From IMG/VR virus record IMGVR_UViG_3300028027_000002, positions 1 through 64,000 of that record: a DNA stretch of 64,000 bases. One strand, given 5' to 3'. The position numbers and the translations under genes are program-made. The notes under the pieces were generated by a model, which saw only the letters and a list, made by a program, of their open reading frames with translations, was not told the DNA's origin and made no database searches. Origin of the DNA: a virus. This document shows, piece after piece, positions 25,640 through 35,971 of this stretch; positions within the stretch are counted from its first letter, which is position 1; every line of letters starts with the position of its first letter.

Positions 25640-25640
25640 T

Positions 25641-26348
25641 TTGAAGATTGACGTTTATAGAAAAAGAGATTTTGATTCAGATTTCTATCCTTTGCCACCA
25701 AAAAGAGACTGGATGGATGACACATTTGATAAACACGCATATAGATGCTTTCCAGTAAATATTGCAAATACATTAGGGTGGACATTCTCTTTTCCAAAAG
25801 ACATATCTTTTATTTGGGACGGAAACTCAACATCAGAAGATGGACACGTAAAGGTTCTTTCTGGAGAAGAATATGTCTTTACTAACAGGGCAAATGCAAC
25901 AATAAGTTTTAACAGTGGTTTAACTTTTATGACAGAGGAAAATGTTAGTTTACTTATGATGCCTGTTCCAAATCAGTTTATTGATGGTGTTCAGGGTTTT
26001 ACAACAATGATAAGTACTTCTGTACTAACAACTCCAATTCCATATGCTTGGAAAATAACAAAGGCTAATGAAGTAATAACTATTCCAGCAAATACGCCTA
26101 TTGTTTCAATAATTCCAATAAGTTTAACAGATGTCCAAAACACTGAAGTTCACCTTTATGTAGAAAATTTTCCATATGAGCATTTTAAAAAAATCTCTGA
26201 TTATGCAAATGCTTCTCATGAAATATCTAAAAAACAATCCTGGACAAACTTCTATAGGGATGCAGTAGACCATGAAGGAAATCAACAGGGTAACCATGAA
26301 CTAAAGAGTTTAAAGTTAAAGATTACAGATCATAGAGATAGCAATTAG
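25641..26348 (+). CDS. DUF6065-like protein
   Basis: RDWMD...HAYRCFP..IAN..GW signature. Confidence 0.65.
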   Translation: MKIDVYRKRDFDSDFYPLPPKRDWMDDTFDKHAYRCFPVNIANTLGWTFSFPKDISFIWDGNSTSEDGHVKVLSGEEYVFTNRANATISFNSGLTFMTEENVSLLMMPVPNQFIDGVQGFTTMISTSVLTTPIPYAWKITKANEVITIPANTPIVSIIPISLTDVQNTEVHLYVENFPYEHFKKISDYANASHEISKKQSWTNFYRDAVDHEGNQQGNHELKSLKLKITDHRDSN

Positions 26349-27079
26349 TGAATACAGAAAATATTAAGTTTATAGCAAATAAAACATGGCTATCAAAAGA
26401 AAGTAACTCTGCTCCAAAACCAATAATAAGAACAATTCCAGACTGGTTTAGAAAAGCAGACAGGTTTGCTAAAAGACCAGACGGAGAATTCTGGATAGGT
26501 CCAGATAAAGGTAAAGTTCCTACGTGGAAAGCGTGTCCTGCAATTTTTGACATTATGGGTACTGGATATTCGTTAAATCTGCCATGTGATATTGAGTTTT
26601 ATATGACTGAGTCTGGACTTAAGCACAAAGTTTTAAGCAATAAATATCAAGACTTTATACAGGTAAGAGATGAGATGCCACAGTTTGAGCATCCACGTGG
26701 ATATTACAAAAATCATTTCGCATTGACTCCAGACTGGCAAATAAAAACTCCTTCAGGATATAGTGTTTTGTATACTCAGCCATTTAATAGATTTGAATTA
26801 CCATTTTTACTAACTACGGGAATTGTAGATAACGATAAAGTCCACATGCCTGGATCTTTTCCATTTTTTATTGTTGAGGGATTTGAGGGTATTATTCCAG
26901 CAGGAACTCCATATGCACAGTTAATTCCATTTAAAAGAGAAAACTGGACATCTGAAATTATTGAGCAGGATGATGCCTCAGAGTTAATGAGACAGGCAAT
27001 GGACAATGCAAGTATTTATAGAAAGCCAGATGGTGGAATATATAAAAATGAAATATGGGAACAAAGAAAATATGAATAA
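26348..27079 (+). CDS. DUF6065-related / dUTPase-like-fold protein
   Basis: PDWF...KACPAIFD..GY; TGIVDND; IPAGTPYAQLIPFKRE. Confidence 0.55.
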   Translation: MNTENIKFIANKTWLSKESNSAPKPIIRTIPDWFRKADRFAKRPDGEFWIGPDKGKVPTWKACPAIFDIMGTGYSLNLPCDIEFYMTESGLKHKVLSNKYQDFIQVRDEMPQFEHPRGYYKNHFALTPDWQIKTPSGYSVLYTQPFNRFELPFLLTTGIVDNDKVHMPGSFPFFIVEGFEGIIPAGTPYAQLIPFKRENWTSEIIEQDDASELMRQAMDNASIYRKPDGGIYKNEIWEQRKYE

Positions 27080-27099
27080 AAAAATGGTACAATGTTAAT

Positions 27100-27774
27100 A
27101 TGGACAACGTAGAATATTCAAATAACTTCGTTACTGATAGAGTATCAATAACACCCTCTGGTTATTTTGGTAAAGATAAGTCAAACATCCAATCTAGAGA
27201 AAATTTTATTAGTAAAGAAGATTTAAAGTTTTTAGAAAATGCTGCAAAGAATATAAAAATTTGGGATGTCACAGAAACCCACTATGACGAGAATGGAACA
27301 ATGATTTATGATTCATCTTACTGGGCAGATCGTGTTGCTACATCAAGATCTCTAAACCTTAACGATGAAAAAATTAATCCAGTTATTGAAAAACTACAAC
27401 AAGCCCTTAAAAAAGAGGTAGATTTATTTTTTGGTGTCGATGCTTGGCCAACAAGCCCAGCAATAGTTAGATGGCTTCCAGGGCAGTTTCAACAACCACA
27501 TGCAGACAAAGAGTTGCATGAAGGAGAAAATGCAGGAAAGCCAAACGACTTCCCATATTATGATATCGCAGGATTGTTTTATTTGAACGACGATTATGAA
27601 GGTGGAGAGTTATATTTTCCAAATCAAAAAATACAGTTCAAGCCTAAATCAGGTGCAGCATATTTTTTCCCAGGGGACCTAAATTATATACATGGAGTAA
27701 CCCAGATCACAGAAGGCATAAGATATGTTGTTCCATTTTTCTTTACTATTTTGTCTCATAAGGAGGGCCAATAA
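27100..27774 (+). CDS. 2OG-Fe(II) oxygenase, prolyl-4-hydroxylase-like
   Basis: HAD...YLNDDYEGGELYF...HGV...GIRY. Confidence 0.9.
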   Translation: MDNVEYSNNFVTDRVSITPSGYFGKDKSNIQSRENFISKEDLKFLENAAKNIKIWDVTETHYDENGTMIYDSSYWADRVATSRSLNLNDEKINPVIEKLQQALKKEVDLFFGVDAWPTSPAIVRWLPGQFQQPHADKELHEGENAGKPNDFPYYDIAGLFYLNDDYEGGELYFPNQKIQFKPKSGAAYFFPGDLNYIHGVTQITEGIRYVVPFFFTILSHKEGQ

Positions 27775-28580
27775 TGCAAGAAGATATAGTTTTAAATTTT
27801 AACAAAATAGAAGATAAAATTTTTGTTTACAAAAATCCATTTAACGATTTAGAAAAAATAATTTCATCCCTTGATGATAGAAAGTGGGATCAGTGGTACA
27901 CCTTTGGAAATATTCATCACATACCCCTTCCTGGGAGTGTCGAGTCAGATTCTTTCCCAAGCACCGTTGATTGGGAATCTTACACCAACAAGATTCAGGA
28001 TAAGGACAAAGACCTAGACATCGTTAATGTTTTTTATAATACTACCAAGCACTACATTGAAGAAATCAACCTGACTTCAAATAACTGGATGCTTGGAAAA
28101 ATAGATATAGCAAAGTACCCAGATGCAAAAAATATAACTGATCCAAATGCAAAGCCATTTTTTAATGAAATTGGCAAAAATTACACAATGTCTTTTCACA
28201 CTGACTATCCACAAGAAAGTACAAACTCTCCAGGAGCAAAACAAATAGTTACCTGCAATATGTACCTAAATGATAATTATGAAGGAGGGGAGATAGAGTT
28301 TAAAGTCTTTTCAGAAGATGGCTCTTATGAGAGAATAACTTATAAGCCAGAGGCAGGAGATGTTGTTATATTTCCATCTACTCCACCCTATTGGCATGGA
28401 GTAAGAGAAACAACAAATGGAGATAAGTATTTTGTTAGATCATTTTGGTATGTAATTGATGGACCATCAGAAGAGTGGATTGAAAATGAAAAGAAGTATG
28501 GCAAAGAGGTTTGGCATGAGATGGAAGAAACAAGAAAACAAGAAGAAAGAATTTCTGGGTTGTACATAAGAAATGGTTAA
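27774..28580 (+). CDS. 2OG-Fe(II) oxygenase, prolyl-4-hydroxylase-like
   Basis: HTD...YLNDNYEGGEIEF...HGV...GDKY. Confidence 0.9.
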   Translation: MQEDIVLNFNKIEDKIFVYKNPFNDLEKIISSLDDRKWDQWYTFGNIHHIPLPGSVESDSFPSTVDWESYTNKIQDKDKDLDIVNVFYNTTKHYIEEINLTSNNWMLGKIDIAKYPDAKNITDPNAKPFFNEIGKNYTMSFHTDYPQESTNSPGAKQIVTCNMYLNDNYEGGEIEFKVFSEDGSYERITYKPEAGDVVIFPSTPPYWHGVRETTNGDKYFVRSFWYVIDGPSEEWIENEKKYGKEVWHEMEETRKQEERISGLYIRNG

Positions 28581-29352
28581 CAAGTCAAACTTTAATTATT
28601 TAAAAGATGAAAAAAATAACAAAGGAGTTTTGGGAATAACTCATAACCGTATTGTAGAAATTCCTAACTTCGTTGATGAAAAAACAGCAAGCAGTATGAT
28701 AGCCTATGTTGAGTCAAAAGGAGAAAACTGGGGAGACATAGCGTTTTATGGTTCACTAGGCATGGGTCTTGCTCCAAACGATCCAGGACTTGCTGAGCAT
28801 GGATTAAGTCTTACATTTTTTGATGATCTTAGAGATAAATTTAAGGAAGCCGTTGAGTTAGTTTTTGAAAGAAAGGTAAGACCTAATACCTCTCATGCCC
28901 AAAAATGGGATGTAGGTGGATATGCTTCACCACATTCGGACAACTCTGATTTTGATGGAAACCCTAATGCTTTTGAAATAAACAAGTATGTTGGAATTTT
29001 GTATTTAAACAACGACTATGAGGGTGGAGAGTTATTCTTTGTTGAGCCATCAGACAAGAAATCAGAAGGATCTGATATGTCTGGAAATGCAGTTCCAGTT
29101 TGGAAAGATCCATATCTTTCTTTTAAGCCAAATGCTTATTCTTATTATGTGTTTCCAGGAGGAGTAGAAAATATCCATGGAGTAACTGAAATACTTGCTG
29201 GAACAAGATACACAATGGTTTCTTTTTGGGACTACGAAGAAATAGAATATAGTCAAGAAACCATTGATAAATGGAAAGAAGAAGAAAAAGAAATTAGAAG
29301 ATTACAGTCTATTCAAAAAGAAGAGTGGACAAAAGGAAATAAATACGCATAG
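28573..29352 (+). CDS. 2OG-Fe(II) oxygenase, prolyl-4-hydroxylase-like
   Basis: HSD...YLNNDYEGGELFF...HGV...GTRY. Confidence 0.9.
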   Translation: MVNKSNFNYLKDEKNNKGVLGITHNRIVEIPNFVDEKTASSMIAYVESKGENWGDIAFYGSLGMGLAPNDPGLAEHGLSLTFFDDLRDKFKEAVELVFERKVRPNTSHAQKWDVGGYASPHSDNSDFDGNPNAFEINKYVGILYLNNDYEGGELFFVEPSDKKSEGSDMSGNAVPVWKDPYLSFKPNAYSYYVFPGGVENIHGVTEILAGTRYTMVSFWDYEEIEYSQETIDKWKEEEKEIRRLQSIQKEEWTKGNKYA

Positions 29353-29448
29353 GGCATAACCCTAAAGTATAAGAAAAGGTAGAGAGTTTTGCTTTTTCAA
29401 AAACTCTGCTATACTTAACACTATTCCGTTTTAGAAAGGACGAAACAC

Positions 29449-31482
29449 ATGTCAGATTTTTTTAGTTTTAAACTTCCAGAGGACTTCGTAGAAAAGTACA
29501 AAGCACAAGAGAGCCCGTTTGGTTTTAAAGATGCAGCAGAAAACTCACTTGGAGAAATTACTTTTATTCGTACATACTCCCGCATGAAGGAAGATGGGAC
29601 TAAAGAACGCTGGCATGAAGTTTGTCGTCGAGTAATCGAGGGTATGTATTCAGTACAGAAGAATCATGCTAAAGAAAACCGTTTGCCTTGGAATGACTAC
29701 AAGGCTCAGAAGTCAGCACAAGAAGCATTCCAAAGAATGTTTGAATTAAAGTGGACACCTCCAGGTCGCGGTATGTGGGCATTTGGAACCCCTATGACTA
29801 TGGAGAAGAAGAACTCGGCAGCACTACAAAACTGTGCGATGGTATCTACAAAGGACCTTGATAAGAATGATCCAGGAGCATTGTTTGCTTGGGTTATGGA
29901 TGCATTGATGCTTGGCATTGGTGTAGGGTTTGATACAGTGGGACAGGATAAGAATTTTTCAATCTATACCCCAACAGAACCAGAACAGGTGTTCGAAATC
30001 CCAGACACTCGTGAAGGCTGGGTAGAGTCTGTAAGACTTCTAATCAACTCCTATCTCAGAGCCAACCAGAGTATTCAGAAGTTTAACTACGACTTGATCA
30101 GACCTCTTGGAGCACCCATTAAGGGCTTTGGAGGCGTTGCTTCAGGGCCTGCACCTCTTATCAAGTTGCACGACCAGATAGACCGTGTAATCGGCTCCAG
30201 AGGCGGAGAAACACTAGATTCTCGTGCTATCGTAGACCTGGTAAACCTTATTGGTACCTGTGTAGTGTCTGGCAATGTTCGCAGATCAGCAACCCTTGCT
30301 TTGGGTACTGCAGGAGATGATACATTCATGAATCTAAAGAATTCAGAGATTTTCCCAGAACGTAACTCATTTGATCCAGAAAATCCAGGATGGGCTTGGA
30401 TGTCTAATAATTCTATTTCAGCAGAGGTAGGAACAAAGTACGAAGACTATGTAGATTTAATTACAGAAAACGGAGAACCAGGTTTTATCTGGCTTGATGT
30501 TGCTCGTAATTATGGACGACTAAAGGATGCGCCAGACGGTAAGGATTATCGTGTGATGGGATTTAACCCATGTGCGGAGCAGCCATTGGAATCATACGAA
30601 CTATGTACACTTGTAGAAGTGCACTTGAATCGTCATGAATCTAAGGAGGACTTCCTGCGTACCCTGAAGTTTGCATACCTTTATGGAAAGACTGTAACAC
30701 TTGTTCCAACACACTGGCCACAAACAAACGGTATCATGCAACGCAACCGTCGTATTGGTACATCACTTACTGGCATTGCATCATTTGCAGATCAAAAAGG
30801 CTTGCCAACCGTTCGTGAATGGATGGATGAAGGATACAACAAGATCCGTCACTATGATCACCAGTATTCTGAATGGCTATGTGTTCGTGAATCAATTCGT
30901 GTAACTACAGTTAAGCCATCAGGATCAGTTTCAATTCTTTCTGGTGCAACTCCTGGAGTTCACTGGGGACCTGGAGGAAACTTCTTCCTTCGTGCAGTTA
31001 GATTTGGAAATACAGATCCAATGATACACCTATTCAAAGCAGCGGGGTACACAATTGAAGATGACGTAGTATCAGCAAACACATCAGTAGTTTACTTCCC
31101 AATCAAGTCAGGTCATCCACGATCTGAAAAGGATGTAACATTGTTTGAAAAGATTGCTCTTGCTGCAACTGCTCAAAAGTATTGGTCCGATAATGGTGTT
31201 TCCGTAACGCTATCCTTTGATAAGGAAACAGAATCAAAGCATGTTGTTCCAGCACTTCATATGTACGAGGGACAACTAAAGGCAGTCTCATTCCTACCAA
31301 TGGGAAATACTGTTTATCCACAACAGCCATACACTCAGATCACTGAAGAAGAATATGAGTCATATATTGGTAAGTTGAAGCATATTGATTTTGCTGCAAT
31401 TTATGATGGAGCAGAAAACCTTGAGGCACAGGGCGAAATGTACTGCACCACAGATTATTGTGAAATTAAAATAAACAAGTAG
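29449..31482 (+). CDS. nrdJ: Class II (adenosylcobalamin-dependent) ribonucleotide reductase, monomeric RTPR type
   Basis: PPGRG, LQNC, NVRRSA, FNPCAEQ, TTVKPSG, C-terminal CTTDYC. Confidence 0.92.
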   Translation: MSDFFSFKLPEDFVEKYKAQESPFGFKDAAENSLGEITFIRTYSRMKEDGTKERWHEVCRRVIEGMYSVQKNHAKENRLPWNDYKAQKSAQEAFQRMFELKWTPPGRGMWAFGTPMTMEKKNSAALQNCAMVSTKDLDKNDPGALFAWVMDALMLGIGVGFDTVGQDKNFSIYTPTEPEQVFEIPDTREGWVESVRLLINSYLRANQSIQKFNYDLIRPLGAPIKGFGGVASGPAPLIKLHDQIDRVIGSRGGETLDSRAIVDLVNLIGTCVVSGNVRRSATLALGTAGDDTFMNLKNSEIFPERNSFDPENPGWAWMSNNSISAEVGTKYEDYVDLITENGEPGFIWLDVARNYGRLKDAPDGKDYRVMGFNPCAEQPLESYELCTLVEVHLNRHESKEDFLRTLKFAYLYGKTVTLVPTHWPQTNGIMQRNRRIGTSLTGIASFADQKGLPTVREWMDEGYNKIRHYDHQYSEWLCVRESIRVTTVKPSGSVSILSGATPGVHWGPGGNFFLRAVRFGNTDPMIHLFKAAGYTIEDDVVSANTSVVYFPIKSGHPRSEKDVTLFEKIALAATAQKYWSDNGVSVTLSFDKETESKHVVPALHMYEGQLKAVSFLPMGNTVYPQQPYTQITEEEYESYIGKLKHIDFAAIYDGAENLEAQGEMYCTTDYCEIKINK

Positions 31483-31507
31483 TCTTCTGTGGTAAAATAG
31501 ACTTATA

Positions 31508-34500
31508 ATGTCTACTCCATCAAACCTGTACGCAGAAAAAATATATGCAGAGCATCCAATGGCCTTTTGGTCATTAGACGATAAAGCAGACTATATTAGT
31601 TTAATTACTGAAAGCCAGAGATGTGTAGGAAATCCAGAGTACTGGGATATATCTGATGAGGCATCTGCAGAAGTTTTTGCTAGTAGTTCTATTGCTTCGG
31701 GCACACCTTTTCCAGAAAGTTTTGTAACAAAACTAATAGGAAGTTTAGGTCAGAATGATTTTGGTCAAGTAGTTTGCATAAGCAAAGATATAGAAAACTT
31801 TAGTTCTCTAAACAAAGAACTATCAACTTTTTCAATAGGTGCCTTTATTAATTCTTTAAGCGTATATTCTTACAGTTTTGAGATAGGTTATGAATATGAC
31901 GATACAACAAGCGGTAGCACAATCCAAAGATTAAAAACATATGTTTCATCAGTTCAAGACAGGTGGATATTTGTTTCAGAAACATTTGACACTCCAGATG
32001 AAAATACAAGTTTTAGAATTGTTATTAAAATTAATTACATAGACCAGGGAAGCAATGCAGATGACTACGAATTTTTAATTAATGGTGTCACCGCTGGTCA
32101 GTGGTCAGAAGAATTTAACTCGTCTTCGCTTGGAGTCGATGGATATTTTGTTCCAAACAATATAGCAATAGAACCCACTTACGGAATTAACGCCAATGCT
32201 TATGGACTACAAGACAAAAAAGGATATTATCTTATGTCAAATAAAAGTCTTATGGCAAAAAATACTGGAATCCCTTTAGTGTATGGTGCTTCGAACCTTA
32301 CAAAACTTTTACCAAATTCAAACTCTTATGGAATGGTACATGAGGTTCGTAGAGATCCTGACGCCTACCTATTTGCTGGTACATCTAATCCAATAGTTAC
32401 AGTTACCCGTGGATCAACTTATACTTTTAGCATGAAGACTCCTGGATACCCACTTGCGATACAAACAGTATCTGGAGAGTACAACTCTGCTAGTGAATAT
32501 AATAATGGAATAAATAATTCTGGAGCAGATGTTGGAGATATTACTTGGGTTGTTCAGGAAGACTCTCCAGACAACCTTTATTATGTTTGCAAAAATAATC
32601 CAGAGATGAGCGGAATAATAAATGTTGTAGATCCAGCCCCGAAACCTTCACTGATTATTCCAGGGCAAGGGTTTTTGGGTGCTGACGGACAATACAAACA
32701 ATACACTTTAGAGGCTTGGGTAAGAATTAACTCAGACTCACAAACATTGAAAAGAATTATTGGGCCAATAGGATCAGATGATGGAGTTTATGTTGAAGGC
32801 CCATTCTTGATTTTAAAAATAGGATCAAACTTTGGTTCCTATTATGTTGGAGAATGGTATCGCCCCATGCTTATGCATATTCGAGTTGGAGAAAATAATT
32901 CTTCTTTGCTTATTAATGGAGAAGAAGTAATATCATTAAGGTATTTAACCGAAGAGTTGAACTTGCCGACCACAATGGATTCCAATAGAAAAAATCAAGA
33001 TTGGATTGGTTTTTATGCATACGAAGATGTATCCCCAATAGAAATTGACTGTGTTGCATTGTATACTTATAATGTTCCTTTGGTCTTGGCTAAGAAAAGA
33101 TTTGTTTATGGACAGGGAGTTGAGTTTCCAGAGGGAATTAATCAAGCCTATAGTGGTTCATCTATTTATATAGATTATCCATTTGCAGAGTATGCAAATA
33201 ATTATTCATACCCCAACATAGGAAACTGGTCTCAAGGAATAGTTGATAATTTAAAAACAGATAGTGGGCTTTTATCTACTCCAGATTATAAGTTGCCAGA
33301 CATTGTTCTGTCAGGGTTTTCTGTAGAAAATCTTTCTTCTAGTTTTTATCCACAAGACGAAGATGGTTTATCTTTTTCTTTTGGAGAACTTCAAGGATCA
33401 TATATGTATTTTGACAACTTAAACTTTTTAAAAGAAAAGGTTAAGTCTTTTTATGGGTCTTTTAAATTTACCTCTGTTCCAGAAACAAAGCAGGTATTGT
33501 TCAGGGCTGAGTCAAAAACATCAACAAACTATTTTGAAATATCTTGTACAGGAACATCAATAGTTTATACCTTAAACTATAATCAAATAGAAGAGGTTCT
33601 GCTAACCTTATCTCCTGTAGCGCTTGAAGAAATATTCTCTGTAGGTGTAGATGTAGAAACTATCTCTAAGTATTTTGGAGGAAATGTTGCATCTTTCTTT
33701 GGTAACTTTAGCAGTCTTGGCTTTTATATTGCAGGAAGTTCAAATCCATCAGAAACATTTTCTGGTAAAGCATACAGGGTGGGTTTTTGTACTTCTAGAA
33801 ATCACAGATACATTAAAGATTTTTTTAATGAAAAGGGTATTGTTATAGAAAATGATAGCGTGTTCTTGGAGTATATTCAAACTCCAGACGTAGAGTACAA
33901 CTCTACAGAAGATTACTTTGGTAATAATCCTGCAGAGTGGGATTCAATTGTCGATTCAGGAATGTTAACTGATGTGTCCGCAAATACCCTTCAATCACAC
34001 ACAGCAAGTTATACCCTGTCTCCAATAATTAATTTTGGATCTTACTCCCTAGACATTGATGTCCAAGGATATTGGGAGGACTATGTCCCACTTACTTATT
34101 TTGCTAAGTATATAACCGATAGTAAAAATAAACCGTACTATGACTTAGATTTTATTCAGTTTAACATAAACTATCCAGCACCATCTGTTTTTATAGAAGA
34201 AGAGCAGTTTGGGTCTTGGACATATGAAGAACTATATGATGAATACAGCGTTCCAGTGCAAAGAGACTATGCTTCATTAGACAATCAACTTTTTAACGGA
34301 TATCTAGATTATACAGACCTAAGAGATAGAGCCTTTAGAAACTATAAGTATGACACATCAAACTCTTTAGTAAAATCTTACATTACATTTCAATATATCA
34401 AGAATGGTGCAAACCTTTCGTCAGAAAATTTTATAAATATTCAAAAACCGTCTAATGATTCTTTTGTTATTCCAGGTGAAGACTGGAGAACAACAAAGTA

Positions 34501-35548
34501 TGAGGTTGTAGATAACATGGTTATATATACTCCAAAAGATGTCAGCAATCTAGATATTGCAATAGTTACACATCTTGAGTTTAATGTAAAGGGTATACTA
34601 AAGAACAAGGTTGCTCTTAGAACGCTAGAGTATTGCTCTCAAGCATTTAACAATACATCTACAAATCCTGTTGGTACCAGGTTTGGTCATAATCTTTATC
34701 CTTATAAAAAATCTGGATTCTACTACGACTACAAGTCTGAAAATCCTTTTACAATTTATAAAGGAACTTCTCCGTATTTATATTTAACAAGATATAGCGG
34801 TATAGGAATAAAGGGAGTAATAGATCCAAAGGTTAACAGAGGACTATCTGTTTCAATTAATAAAGAAAAATCAGACAACTTTAAAGTTATGGCTATGCAA
34901 ATGGCAGTTAGATATGACAAAGACTCTTTCCCATATGGATCTGTAGAGGTGTTCGAAATTAAGTCAAAAGACAGACATATAAAGTTTTACATGTCAGCAA
35001 TTCATCCAACTGGTCAAAGAGCAAAAATCTACGCAGTAGATGTAAATACTGGAAGAATAGAAAACAAGGTCAGGTTTTATCTTAATGGCAGTCCAGTTAA
35101 AGACCCAGTTTTAACAGTCAAAGAGTGGGCCTTTTTGGGAATATCTTTTTCAAAAGTTTTAGATTTCAAGAATAGGGTTGGAACTATTAATTTAAATGGT
35201 CCACTCACATTTAACACAATCTCCTACTATGAATCAACCAACCTTCAAGATGTTCAAGAGACAGAGTTTAGAAAGTGGTTTGGTGTAAAGTATATTGCCC
35301 CAGAAAATATAGAGTGGAATTACTGGCTAACAGGCGGTTCTGACTGGGACGGAGTTGCAGTACTATCTAAAACTAATTATTATGGGGTTGATCCTTCAAC
35401 AATTTATAAGAGTTATACTGGAACAAATAAGATTATTATAGATAGTGAGGCCTCTTTGGTCATTAATAATGAAAGATCTCTAACAGACTATGAGTATAGG
35501 CTCTATTCTGGTATAAAGTCGAAGACAATAACCGTTACTGCTATCTAA
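31508..35548 (+). CDS. Large virion structural protein (LamG-like segments, inserted cupredoxin-like module)
   Basis: 1346 aa; YTLEAWVRI; LYYVC...MSGIINV. Confidence 0.6.
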   Translation: MSTPSNLYAEKIYAEHPMAFWSLDDKADYISLITESQRCVGNPEYWDISDEASAEVFASSSIASGTPFPESFVTKLIGSLGQNDFGQVVCISKDIENFSSLNKELSTFSIGAFINSLSVYSYSFEIGYEYDDTTSGSTIQRLKTYVSSVQDRWIFVSETFDTPDENTSFRIVIKINYIDQGSNADDYEFLINGVTAGQWSEEFNSSSLGVDGYFVPNNIAIEPTYGINANAYGLQDKKGYYLMSNKSLMAKNTGIPLVYGASNLTKLLPNSNSYGMVHEVRRDPDAYLFAGTSNPIVTVTRGSTYTFSMKTPGYPLAIQTVSGEYNSASEYNNGINNSGADVGDITWVVQEDSPDNLYYVCKNNPEMSGIINVVDPAPKPSLIIPGQGFLGADGQYKQYTLEAWVRINSDSQTLKRIIGPIGSDDGVYVEGPFLILKIGSNFGSYYVGEWYRPMLMHIRVGENNSSLLINGEEVISLRYLTEELNLPTTMDSNRKNQDWIGFYAYEDVSPIEIDCVALYTYNVPLVLAKKRFVYGQGVEFPEGINQAYSGSSIYIDYPFAEYANNYSYPNIGNWSQGIVDNLKTDSGLLSTPDYKLPDIVLSGFSVENLSSSFYPQDEDGLSFSFGELQGSYMYFDNLNFLKEKVKSFYGSFKFTSVPETKQVLFRAESKTSTNYFEISCTGTSIVYTLNYNQIEEVLLTLSPVALEEIFSVGVDVETISKYFGGNVASFFGNFSSLGFYIAGSSNPSETFSGKAYRVGFCTSRNHRYIKDFFNEKGIVIENDSVFLEYIQTPDVEYNSTEDYFGNNPAEWDSIVDSGMLTDVSANTLQSHTASYTLSPIINFGSYSLDIDVQGYWEDYVPLTYFAKYITDSKNKPYYDLDFIQFNINYPAPSVFIEEEQFGSWTYEELYDEYSVPVQRDYASLDNQLFNGYLDYTDLRDRAFRNYKYDTSNSLVKSYITFQYIKNGANLSSENFINIQKPSNDSFVIPGEDWRTTKYEVVDNMVIYTPKDVSNLDIAIVTHLEFNVKGILKNKVALRTLEYCSQAFNNTSTNPVGTRFGHNLYPYKKSGFYYDYKSENPFTIYKGTSPYLYLTRYSGIGIKGVIDPKVNRGLSVSINKEKSDNFKVMAMQMAVRYDKDSFPYGSVEVFEIKSKDRHIKFYMSAIHPTGQRAKIYAVDVNTGRIENKVRFYLNGSPVKDPVLTVKEWAFLGISFSKVLDFKNRVGTINLNGPLTFNTISYYESTNLQDVQETEFRKWFGVKYIAPENIEWNYWLTGGSDWDGVAVLSKTNYYGVDPSTIYKSYTGTNKIIIDSEASLVINNERSLTDYEYRLYSGIKSKTITVTAI

Positions 35549-35566
35549 TATGGTATACTTTAGTAT

Positions 35567-35971
35567 ATGAATATGGAAAATCCACGTAAAAAGAAAAAGG
35601 CATTGCCTAAAATGAAGGGGCAAGTGGGTGAGTCCCGTGCAAAAATTATTGAAAAGCACTACGACTGGGGCCTTTATGTATACAAAAAAGCAAATGGCAA
35701 GTGGTTTACTGATGGAAATGGTTCTGTATTAAACATTGAGTCTATGAAGGGTGATATTCTGCAGATATCAAAACTCAAAGATGCTGCTAAATATTACGGG
35801 GATGAAGGAGATGGCGAGTGCATCTTCGTGCCAGGACTAACAAGAATCTCAGAAGAAGAATACTCTGAGCAGAAACAAAGACTTTCAGAAGGCCTGATTC
35901 CTTCTATGAATGACCTTGGAGCAGTACAAGCAGCCAAGGATACTATTGCAAAATATGGAAGTGATGACTAA
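35567..35971 (+). CDS. Hypothetical protein upstream of portal
   Basis: ORF coupled to portal; leaderless promoter 35551-35559. Confidence 0.75.
   Translation: MNMENPRKKKKALPKMKGQVGESRAKIIEKHYDWGLYVYKKANGKWFTDGNGSVLNIESMKGDILQISKLKDAAKYYGDEGDGECIFVPGLTRISEEEYSEQKQRLSEGLIPSMNDLGAVQAAKDTIAKYGSDD

Noticed and set aside
29353-29448. Cobalamin riboswitch or NrdR boxes upstream of nrdJ
   Set aside because: Leader is only about 30 nt and no consensus match was seen
35567-35971. Terminase small subunit upstream of portal
   Set aside because: No recognisable motif, and no large terminase (Walker A/B plus nuclease) anywhere in the window
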